A stretch of 64,000 nt of DNA from Daphnia carinata. Its lineage: Eukaryota. The notes under the pieces are model-generated. The model had not been told where the DNA came from. It worked only from the letters and a program-made list of their open reading frames with translations, and made no database searches. The position numbers and the translations under genes are program-made. Numbering within the stretch: the first letter of the stretch is position 1; every line of letters starts with the position of its first letter. Below, one piece after another: positions 53,150 through 64,000 of this stretch. The stretch spans positions 12,896,001 to 12,960,000 of the forward strand of contig NC_081333.1 in NCBI RefSeq assembly GCF_022539665.2. The letters run 5' to 3'.

Positions 53150-54814
53150 GCGTTTCCCATTTTTATCGACTGTGGCTTTAACTATCACGAGTGTGTATAT
53201 TCAGTGCCGTACAGTGTGTTGTGTGTGTGTCGAGGGTGAAAAAAAACCGGGCGCCCGGAGGGTGGAATCTACTATAGAGATATCCTAGATGCACCTTTTG
53301 TTCCCTTTTTTTCCCTCCATCTGAAACGCTCCCCTCTCTGCATTACCCCAACAGCACCCCCCTCAAAGCCCGAAAACTCACTCAATATCAATGTTGAATG
53401 CATTTTCATCGGTGCTATATATCTGGATGTGCTTTACTATCATTCAACATGGAGCTGCGTCTTTCTGTGTTGTGCCCCATGTCGATTTTTTCAAGGGGGG
53501 GGGAGCATTTTGTAAACAATGAATAGGCTCAGCCGGCTCGAAACAGATTGCGTTTTCTGCTTTGCGCAGATGATCATGAGGACATTCCTGTTCGCTTTCG
53601 TTCTCCGGTCATCTTTTATTCGTACATGAAATGCGAAAAACCCCCTGAGGTTGGGGGCAAGACTACGGTCCATTCCACGCGAATCCACAATTTCAATCTT
53701 GTAAACAATTGTTTGGCCAATGGCATCACTTGTCATTAGTTAAGGCTGAACAATTTTTCGTCAATACCAAAAACATCTTGTTGTTTTTTTTCCCTTTTCA
53801 TGGATTGCCGAAAAAATGTTTCCATCCGGTTGCTTTCGATTTCATTCCTTTTTAGAAAAGAAAAGAAATGTTAGTCATAGTTGTTGTTGTCGTGGTTGCT
53901 CTTTTATCAAAATGTCTCGTGTGGGTAACAACATAAAATCTGAAAAACTATTCAAGTGATTGTCAAAAGTTTTGCGGATGGCAGCACCGGATGCGCCCCC
54001 GCTGGATATAGCCCATCTGACGACAGTGGTGGCGCTGCGCCCGGTTCTTTCCCTGCCTCTCTGGCCCCTCTTTTTCTTGTCCATTCCCCGCGCGCGCTGC
54101 AAACGACACTCGTATCCGCCAACGCCACTCGTTCACACCGAAGGTAACACTCATCTCCAACTCGTTTTATTCACTCTGGTTCATCGCTACTAAAATCAAA
54201 TTGCATCGATCGATCCACGAAATGTTGAGCTTGATGATCGTGTCAAAATCTTGATTATCGGACGAGCCGTTTGGATTCAGTTGGGATTTTTTAGAACGAT
54301 ACCAGAGTGCGACGACTTGTTGGCCCAGCGCGCGTTTTTCTCCCATTGTCCATTGGGCGCCAAGTGCGCCGCCACCGTTGCTTTCCATCATCCCCCACGA
54401 CGAATGTGTCAAACCTTTGACGCTTTATTTCTACATCTTTTAAGTGTTTCTTTGTCAAGTGAACAACATCAGTGTGTAGCATTTTCATTCCTCTATCGAA
54501 TCCTGTAAGTAGAATTGAATCAAAATTCAATTTGTTCCAATTAAACGGGTTTTTCTGCGATGGCCTCAAGGCCTTGGACCTGGTGGCCATGGCCTCCTCT
54601 CGTGTCGGATGCCGGTGGCGTTTCACTTTTATTTTTTAATGACAAGAAGCAATTCGCTTTCGTTGAACTTGATGAATGTCACGTTGGCAATGAATTATTA
54701 TGCCTCTTCTACAATGGATTCTTAATTTTAATTAAATTCTTTCAGGTTTGACCAGAGGTGTTGAAGGAATTGACTGCCCTCAACCTATTTCACTCTGTCT
54801 GAATTTGCTGGAAA

Positions 54815-56638
54815 ATGTCCAGGAGAGGGTAAGTTATCTCATTATTTTGATGCTATATGTTTGATGAAATTTCATCTTTTTCTTTGTGCCCATTAGATGC
54901 AGAGTGACAAACAAGAGGGAATCGCTGCCTGGCCAGAAGTTGCTACCTGTCATCCTCAACCGAAAGCGTAAATCTGAAACTCATGTGGAGGTAAAATAAC
55001 AACTGATTGATTTTGGGGGCTCTGTCTAAGTCATGCCTCGTTTTCTCTGCAGGATTACGAGAATGATGTGAGGGGAATGAGAGCAAGGCAGCCATGTCAC
55101 CAGCAACAGGTAGCTTGCATCTCGTCAAGACTGCTGCTTTATTTTGATTATGTTTGACACATTTATTTCTTTTCTCAGGGATGGGAGGAAGGTGCAGGAT
55201 GGGAGACATCCAGTCAATCATCATCATCAGCTGCCAGCACTTCTACATCAAAGTATGTTTTGGTTTATTTCCCTGGCTCATTCCCCTGTGCTAATCTTTG
55301 TTTTCATGTTAGTTTCCGTCGATTGGCAGTTTCATCGCAGCTTTTAACATCGCGATTGAGTCCATTTCCCAAATTCAACTGGGCAGATCCGGAAGAAGTG
55401 TGGAGCTCATTGTGTCGTAAAGATCGCCTCTACAAAAGGAATCATGACTACATTTTGGCCCACCCATCTCTGCAGCCTCGAATGAGAGCCATACTTCTTG
55501 ATTGGCTCGTCGAGGTAGATTCTATGCATTTTGTTAACATTGAATTATACTATAAGACGTCTGTTTGATCTGATAAGGTTTGCGAAGTGTACCGGTTGCA
55601 TCGCGAGACTTATCATCTTGCCTTGGACTTTGTGGATCGTTATTTGGCAACTCAAAGTGATGTTCCCAAACAACAGCTTCAGTTGATAGGTGCGTGTTTT
55701 CACAACTACGCCTTAAAGAATTTGTAATAAAAAATGATTCTTATCTAGGTATCGCATCTTTGTTCATCGCCGCCAAAATCGAAGAAATTTATCCACCCAA
55801 GTTGAACGAGTTTGCATACGTAACTGACGGTGCTTGCAGTGAAGCAGAAATCATGATGAAAGAACTAGTTATCATGAAGAGTCTTAACTGGGAGCTCTCT
55901 CCAGCCACGGCCAACTGCTGGCTTGGAATTTACATGCAACTGGCTAACGCATTGGAGGACAAGGAAGAGCTCGAATCCAAAGAGAACAATGTCACCAACA
56001 AAATGGAAATGAAACAGTTTTCCAGCCACACCTTTGTTCAAGCTGCACGACTCCTAGACCTTTGCACCATGGACATTCTCAGTCTTCGATATACGTATAG
56101 TGCCATCGCCGCCGCTGCAGTTTACCATATTGTGGGTGAACGAGTGGCGATCGAGTGCTCTGGTTACACATGGGAAGAGATTTCGTCCTGCATCTACTGG
56201 ATGGCTCCTTTTGCTTTGACACTTCGAGAGTCTGGACCAGTTGAAGTTAAAACTTTTTCGCAAATTCCTATTGAGGATACGCACAACATCCAAACACACA
56301 ATGTCGACCTCAGTATCCTGGTAATTTCAAATTCATTATAACTAGTAGAGTTTTCATTATTAATTATTTGCTGCAACCTTAAGGAAGCCGCTCAAAGCCG
56401 ATTAACAGATTGTGGTGCGTCACCACCTAGTCCAGCGGTAGGGCCGCTGGGCATGCTGACGCCTCCGCAAAGTAAGAACAAGGGCCGACTTAGCGCTCCG
56501 CTTTCGCCGGTCAACAGCAACACCACTGCCAATGCTGTTGTACTGACACCTTCCACCTTGAACTCTGAAAGCCCTCGATGTTCTGCAATGACCTCTGAGT
56601 GGAATGACGACATCCAATCGACCCATTCGTATTCATAA
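54815..56638 (+). CDS. CCNE: G1/S-specific cyclin E
   Basis: Exons 54815-54828 (MSRRG), 54897-54990, 55053-55109, 55179-55252, 55313-55514, 55578-55689, 55749-56320, 56384-56638. Cyclin box [57 protein letters not shown], Fbw7 degron LTPPQS. Confidence 0.95.
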
Positions 56639-58010
56639 TCATTTTTAATTCATTCTTTTTTTAACGGCATCATTTTTGCGCGCGTTATTGCTCGTTGTTC
56701 GAAGGGGCATGGCTTCAAAAAAAAATCTTTTCTCCTTCTTTCTGTTGTTGGAAGCTGGACGACCGCAATAAGAGTGCCATTTCTTTTTTTTTCCTTGTTA
56801 CACATAGAAAGAGAAAAGATGTGGGAAACATTTCCATGTCACCGGTAATTATTTGACAGGGATTTAATGATTCCACCCTTTAATTTTTCTTCCTTATTTT
56901 CTTTTTTTAAAGGGAAAGGCATTATTTTTAAAATCTTTTTCATGAAAACCGATTTATGAGGGTTACTTCCTTTTATTTTTGGTTTATCAGAGAATTAACG
57001 AAGCGCATGATAGTCTAGTCCTTTCAGTTGCAATAATGCCTTGGGTTGGGTGGGGTTGAAGCCATTCTCAACTCGAACGCCGTACTGTTATAACCACATC
57101 TCAAGGACGTCCTTTGCATTTGATTTTCATTTGCCGTTTTTTTTTTTTCTTCCTCTTTTTCATTTCATTTTGTCTTAACGGTTTCAAGAAAAAAGAGCTG
57201 CCTAACCTATTCGTCTTTTTTCAAAAGCGCAGTGTATTTTATGCGATTGACGTCATCGTCATTGAAATTTTAGATCCCCTTTCTAGCATTGCATACTTTT
57301 TTGGTAAGTGTGTGTGACGATTAACCCGCCCGTCACCTTTTTTTTTTTAAAACTTAGCCCGTAATGCCTTAATTGATTCTCTCCCATTTGAACGAAACAA
57401 TAAAGATGTGCCAGACTTTGAATTAAAAGAATGTTTACGTCAGAAAACGAAAGTTGAAAAGAGTTGGTGAACTCGACATCTGGACATCTTTATTCATTCC
57501 TTTTCACGTTTAATCTTAATTGTTCTCGCCCATTTTTTTGGATCCAGCATATTGTACTGCCAATTGTTGTACATTTCTCCGTCATCAGCCAATCCTCACC
57601 CTCCATTTTTTTGCCAATTTTCTTTCATTATTTTTCCTGAATAATCCCATTATGATTTTGCCATGTCATCACATCAGTCCCAATTTTTGTCTCCCTGAGG
57701 TTAACAAATAAACTATATTTCAATAATAGATTTACATTTTCTCTTCAATCCAATAGCGGTTTCATTTTGAATTTGAAGCCATCATGTATGCAAAAATCGT
57801 TGCATCCGGAAGTGTAAAAATTCAATAATTTCCAACAATTTCTTGTAACGGTCGGACCATTTTGAAAAGACCTTTGTAACCTGACACGATAATCCTGTTT
57901 TTCATGCCACAATTGTAACTTATCTACGTTTAGAGGGTAAAGTGTTATTTAAGGATCTACCCTGACTAGCGAAAGTAGCACTCGTATTTCGGCTCAGTTT
58001 CGTGGACATC

Positions 58011-60242
58011 ATGAAGGTTTTATTGTTAGTCTTTTGCTGCTTAGCGTCAATGCAATGGACTCCATCGGAAGCCGTTCCGTTTGTTATCCCCTGGTACGGA
58101 CGTTGGATCCTTCCAACCGTTGGCGAAGTGTGGCCGAAACCCCAACAGCAAACATCCAGCGAAACGTTCTTCGTTCTCCGGCCTACCATGTTCCAATTTC
58201 AGGTATTTATCCAACAACTGTGTTGGTCTTATTTCCACTAAACTCTTGAAATACGATCAATTTTAGGTGGTTGGTGAACGGTGTGATATTATTGACGAAG
58301 CCGTACGTCGTTATTACCAAATCATCTTTTATCCGGGGGATGCTGGACGTGTTCCATTGTCTTATCCTCCACCACCGACTCCAATCCAAGAGCATCCGCA
58401 ATTCCGAGCTTTTCTCGATTCAGTTGAAATCGATTTAAAACAGCCTTGCGAATACCTCCCGTCTGCAAATATGATCGAGTCCTGTACGTATAAATAGAAA
58501 GTCGATAGACGTTAGATAAAAGCAAGGATGCAGTTCAAACATGTAAATATAACAAACACGTTTTGTTTTTGTGTAGATAATATCAAAATTGACACGGCAG
58601 ATAATCCGCTCAAGGCAACAATCACTAGCGATAGCGTCTGGGGTATTTTGCGTGGCATGGAAACTCTGAGTCAACTCGTCTACTCGTCTGCTGCAACAGG
58701 CGTCGCAGTAAGATTCAATCTGAAATGAATTTTAAAAATGGGATTCTTAGTAAAAAGAATTTAAATCTAGTATCAAATGAACGCTACGGAAATCACCGAT
58801 TTCCCACGTTTCTCTTACCGCGGATTTATGATGGACACGGCACGTCATTATATGCCATTGAAAACGATAAAAAAGATGATAGACTTGATGGCCCAAAACA
58901 AAATGAATGTCTTGCATTGGCATATGACCGACGATGCCTCTTTCCCGTTCGAGAGTACGCTTTTCCCAAACATTAGCCGTTACGGATCGTTCCAACCTTT
59001 CAGCCATATTTACACCCCCAGTGACGTACGTGCCGTCATCGAATATTCCCGACTGAGAGGCATTCGAGTCATTCCAGAATTCGACACCCCAGGTTGAATA
59101 TTTCCTACGTACGTATAAACTTTACTGTTGTTATTAAACAATTTGACTTTGATTACAGACCATACCCAATCTTGGGGGCTAGGGCAGCCCGGGTTATTGA
59201 CGGAATGTTACGACGACAACGGGGTACTCAAAGTGCCCGATGAGTACGGTGCTATCATGCCCACTCGTGAAGAGAACTACGTTTTCTTGCAGCAATTCTT
59301 TGGTGAAATCTTTAATACATTTCCCGATCCATATGTTCACATGGGTGGTGACGAAGTCAGCTACTATTGTTGGTATGTTTTTGCAGTTCTATAAAGAATG
59401 TAAATAAATCATTATCTTTTGTTCTTGCAAACGAAACAGGAAACGACATCCAGAAATTAAAGCTTTTATGGCTGCCAATGGTTGGGGTGAAGATTATACA
59501 AAATTAGAACAATATTACTTTGATCGATTGACTTCAGTGACGCAAGAGATTACGCAGAATCAGATGCGTTACATTGTTTGGCAAGAACGTTCGTTTTGGA
59601 GATAGGTTTTCATTTCTTTGAACAAATCATCATTTCATTTGTTTGGTTCGTTTAGTTCTCGATCTCAACATTACCCTACCAACTGGCACCGTTGTCGAAG
59701 TCTGGAAAGGCGATTATGAAGGTTTATCTTTCAATGAAGAATTAGCACGAGTAAGTGGGCATAATGGATACATTTCTTTGCAAATGATTTACATATTTTT
59801 GAATGTAGGTAACAAAGTATGGTTACCAGACTATACTTGCTTCACCATGGTACCTCAATTATATTTCTTACGGATTGGATTGGGAAAAATATTACCTAGC
59901 TGAGCCGCTTGATTTCGACGGAACGGATGCGGAAAAGAATTTGGTATTGAAACCTTCATTTTCCAGGGTCGAACTGCATTTTAAAACATTTTATTGTCGT
60001 GACAGGTTATTGGCGGTGAGGCAACCATGTGGAGCGAGTACGTCGATTCTGTCAGCGTGATTCCGCGTACGTGGCCGAGAGCTTGTACCGTCGCTGAACG
60101 TCTGTGGTCAGATCGAAGTGTTAACGACACAGCGTTGGCTGCATTACGTTTAGAAGAACATCGATGCCGATTACTCAGACGTGGATTCATGGTGGATCCA
60201 AGCAATGGCGTCAATTTTTGCGAACAAGAATGGGATATGTAA
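58011..60242 (+). CDS. Beta-hexosaminidase (GH20, HEXA/HEXB-like), secreted or lysosomal
   Basis: Exons 58011-58202, 58267-58483, 58577-58707, 58771-59092, 59159-59372, 59440-59588, 59656-59750, 59809-59943, 60006-60242. Signal peptide, [39 protein letters not shown], catalytic HMGGDEV, WPRA..VAERLWS. Confidence 0.95.
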
Positions 60243-61073
60243 AACAAAACGTTAGTTAAAACTGTAAAGGGTCCTTTTTTTATGACAAGGTAGTTTTAGA
60301 TGGAAAAAAAATACATTAAAAGTTTAACTGCTTTGACTGTTTTCATCTACGTCAGCATGTGGTAAAAAATTTGCAATAAAGAACACTATGTCCTTGGGGA
60401 ACGCAAAAACGTTTGTTGTACGACATCATAAAACGATTCGCACATACTTAAATATCAGAAATGGCGAGCTCGAGAGTCGAAAACATAATTTCGTTGTAAC
60501 AATGTTACCCAACAAGTTTTTTCATCGCCGGATTGCTTTCCGATTCGACGAAAAATGCAACTTGACTGCAATAACGTTGATCCTTGCATGGGGGTTCTCC
60601 TTTTTTGGATGTTCAAAGTGTCATGTATCTGGCAAACTATCGAACTCTTGTTCATTCGATGGATGTGATGGCATGGGATATATTATGCAACTAGGCGGAT
60701 CTTCCTTTCAATCGATGGTAGAAGATCGATTTCATGACATTGAAATTCTTCTATAGCCGTGATATCGAAAGTGTCTACAAAAAAACACACATGGCTAAGC
60801 CAAAATGGCAGCTTTGTAATATGAAAAATCTACCAAAAACTGATACAATGTATGTATACATATTTATATATTACGTTCCATATTATTTGTTAATGAATAA
60901 TATATAGTAATGCATTAAGCATTTGATATTATAGTTAAATGATAAAAAAGAAAATAAAAAACGAAAGATGATTCATTTGTATGCTTGGCAACGTCTTCTT
61001 GCTTAGATTACTTGTTGTAAACTTGATTTTCAAAACATTGGTATTTTTGAGTTAGGTTGCATTGCAAAGAGAA

Positions 61074-63270
61074 ATGGATGAAATAATTTTGCCAGATGAT
61101 ATTTTCCATTACCTAACAACTTATTTACCACTAGAAGATTGTATGTCTTTGTGCTTATCTAGCGTTTTTGAAAGATACGCTGATTTTTATGCGAGGAGAA
61201 GGTAAAATACCTAAGAGAATGTTAAAACTTCATTTGGAAATTGGTGACATTTTGTCATCTTTCGTTAGGATCTGGAAGCTTTCGTGGTGCTCTTCTCTGA
61301 AGCCTGATATTTGCCAAACATTTTTTTCCACATGCCTGAAATCTTCTAATGTTCATGTTCTTGATTTTAGCCACTGTTTCTGGCTGCCAGAAGCTACGTT
61401 ATTGCAAAGTTGCTTGTCTCCAAAATTAAGCTACCTAAAAGAATTGAGTTTATCTGATACACAGCTATCATTGGCATCCATCATCATATATGTTCTGCCA
61501 CAATGCCAGAGTTTGACAAAGTTGTCTGCCAATATTCCTGAGCACACATGGGAAGCTTTTCATGGCAAACTTGAAGGATGTGCTGACACTTACAAGGAGA
61601 ATTTTAAGAAGCTTACTCACATAAAGTTTTATGTGCTTCATGGCAGCTCACCTTTAATTTGGCTTCTTTTATTTAATGTTTTAGGGTAAGTGGTGTGACA
61701 TTTCGTCAATCAAATCAGATTTAAGATTTTACATGAAAAAGTGGGTTTTACAATGTTCTTTACTGGTATAGATGGTGCAAAGATTGTGTTAAACTGCATA
61801 TAAAGCTGATTGAACAACCACGACAGAATAACTGGGACCTTGCCTTGGAAGATGTCGAAGCGTCCAGCAATGCCGTAGTTTGCTTGGCCAAAGAGAATCT
61901 CTATGACGGTATGAAATGGATGATATCATTAAAAAGTATCGTCGTACTCAAGACATCATCAGATAGTTGTCTGAACGATTTTTGTCGTTGGTTACTATTC
62001 GAATTAAATCCACCTGGCTTGGAGAAAATGTTTATCCAATCTGTTAAACACATTGACGCCAAGTACAAACCGGGGCCTATGCTAAATTACTTTTACTTGG
62101 GCCGTTCTCCAGTGTCTCGTACATTTTTCTCACAAATGACGCATCTGTTTGAAATCAACATTACGCGCAATTTAATTTTACCACGATTACGGTTTTTCAG
62201 CGGAAATTTCTCATCAGTGTCGGTAAATAATTTTTTCATCAGTTAAAGAATGAAAAGGCAGAAAAATAATGTTGCCTAACCTTATTCAGATTTTAGACGA
62301 GTTTTGTCGGAATCATCCCCAACTGGAACATGTACATTTTACAAATCGAGTGTTTGGCGGCAACAGACGAAAGAAGCCAATCACCTTTCAATGTCAATGG
62401 GCGTTCCCCAAGTTACGAACGTTAGTCTTTGGCCGTAAGAGACCTCACCATGGTATGATGCACATTCTTTTTTTTTTTTTTTTTTAATTGAACTTTAAAA
62501 AAAATTTCCGATAACAGATGTATTAATCAAGTTTATGGATTCATGCTCCAACTTAGAGGAGCTTCTGATTGGCGAATTTTTTGATTATGCGATATTAATA
62601 TTCAACCGACGACCACCCGTTCGCGATTCTTTTGATTGCATAGCGAAACAAAGGCACTTGAGGAAGTTGTCTCTCAATAGTATTGAATTCGTTAATGGCT
62701 CCTTTATCGAAACGGTATGACATTGTTTTAACTGCTTATCCATTATGCTAATTCGTATTGACGAAAAAGGTACTGGAAAATTGCCAAAAATTGGAAATCC
62801 TTCATCTTGCCGGACAGTTTTTCGAAGATTCGGTGCCATTTCATGACGATTTCTGCAAATACCTTCCGTTAGGTAAACATTTGCGAGATCTTCGAATCCA
62901 GAGAGAAGAAATGGAAGAACCAATCCTGATGGAATTGATATCAGCTGCCGGATCATGCCCATCTCTAGAGCGCTTCATGCTCTATCAATATAGGGGACTT
63001 TGTGTTAATAATGAGTTGCATTTAATTTTACCAAAATGCTTAATGAATCTGGTCAGTGTCCGACTACCGCGGCTGCTGGTTTTCTGCCTTATTTATCGTT
63101 TAGGACGTGAAACTTTTACAGCAATTACGGATGCATTTCGGGAACATATTTTACCGATGCGTCCATCATTTTGGTTTTATCTTAACGATACCCTACCTTC
63201 TGAAATCAATGTCCCACGCATTCATTTCGAGGGTATTATCGAGCCGGATTCTATTACCGTCTTTGGTTAG
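61074..63270 (+). CDS. F-box / leucine-rich-repeat protein (divergent)
   Basis: Exons 61074-61201, 61269-61685, 61772-62222, 62290-62452, 62518-62714, 62770-63270 join in frame. N-terminal F-box-like LPDDIFHYLTTYLPLEDCMSL, then LRR-like units (LDFSHCFW, LKELSLSDT, CSNLEELLI, LRKLSL, CQKLEILHL, CPSLERF). Confidence 0.75.
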
Positions 63271-63625
63271 TCAAACAGGGAGTATGTAATAAAACTTAGA
63301 AAAAAAGCAGTTTATGTTTATCATGTTTTGAATAGTTAATGATGATCCCAGTGACCACACCCGAATTTGAAGTTCAATGGCTTTTTTTTTAAAATGGTTG
63401 ACGGACCACGAACCAGTTGTTGCTTCTGTTGCCATTGGAAGAAGGACGATGTCGAATAATAATGTGAAGACCCGGAGGCGATGCTTGAGGAACCGTGAAC
63501 AAAATAAAAAGTGAAATTATTCAAGGCCAATGTCACGCCAAGTGCGGGAATGGTGGCGTGACGAGTTATTGTTTTTCAGTCTTTACCATCTTCGGTATGT
63601 TATGGGAGTGGCGACGAATGGTGGG

Positions 63626-63631
63626 TATAAA
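63626..63631 (+). promoter_or_regulatory. TATA box of Tyr-rich secreted protein gene B
   Basis: GGGTATAAAT 80 nt upstream of ATG 63706. Confidence 0.65.
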
Positions 63632-63705
63632 TAGAGAGCTTCTCGAACGAAGGCATCACACACCTTGGGTAAAACACTTGCCAAGCTTCCGCGCATTAAT
63701 TCATC

Positions 63706-64000
63706 ATGTACAAGGTAAAACTGTTTTCCATTTTTATTGATTATGTCTCATGTATTGTTTGTATTTGATTCAGATTGCTTTCCTTATTTTGGCTTTGGCC
63801 GCCTTCGTTTTTGCTGCCGAGACCCAACAAGATCAAGAAACTGCTGAACAATATTACCGCGTTCATGGTGTCTATCCATCTTGGTATTCGTATGGCGTAG
63901 TCCGTAATTACGGCTATCCGTACGGTTACAACGCTGCCGCTTACCCCTACGGTCTCAACTATGGCGCTTTCCCCTACGGAGTGCGAAGCTTTTATGGAGC
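63706..64000 (+). CDS. Small secreted Tyr/Gly-rich protein B (paralog of the 33.6 kb gene), 3' end off the window
   Basis: Not in the ORF track. Exon 63706-63714 (MYK) and exon from 63774: IAFLILALAAFVFAAETQQDQETAEQYYRVHGVYPSWYSYGVVRNYGYPYGYNAAAYPYGLNYGAFPYG... Confidence 0.85.

Overview
Gene-dense eukaryotic DNA with mostly 55-110 nt GT-AG introns. Gene content and intron size suggest a branchiopod crustacean such as Daphnia (inference). I reconstructed spliced models by hand for WDR26 (3' end off-window), BMPER/crossveinless-2, URI1, CMIP, a minimal RGS protein, NOP9, an intronless TMEM63/OSCA-like channel, nervy/MTG8, ENY2/Sus1 (absent from the ORF track), PIGN, cyclin E, a GH20 beta-hexosaminidase, an F-box/LRR protein, and two paralogous secreted Tyr-rich proteins. 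The best leads are (1) a probable CUG-initiated, NLS-bearing N-terminal extension of WDR26 behind a uORF-packed leader, (2) a UGA-C readthrough candidate in CMIP, (3) the Tyr-rich secreted pair with a shared acidic pro-segment and promoter, (4) a BMPER whose fourth VWC module is half replaced by low-complexity sequence, (5) the intronless TMEM63, and (6) a decayed unknown ORF near 30.1-30.9 kb. I found no tRNA, rRNA, CRISPR array or intact transposon. Family assignments rest on recognised motifs and remembered sequences, not on database searches.
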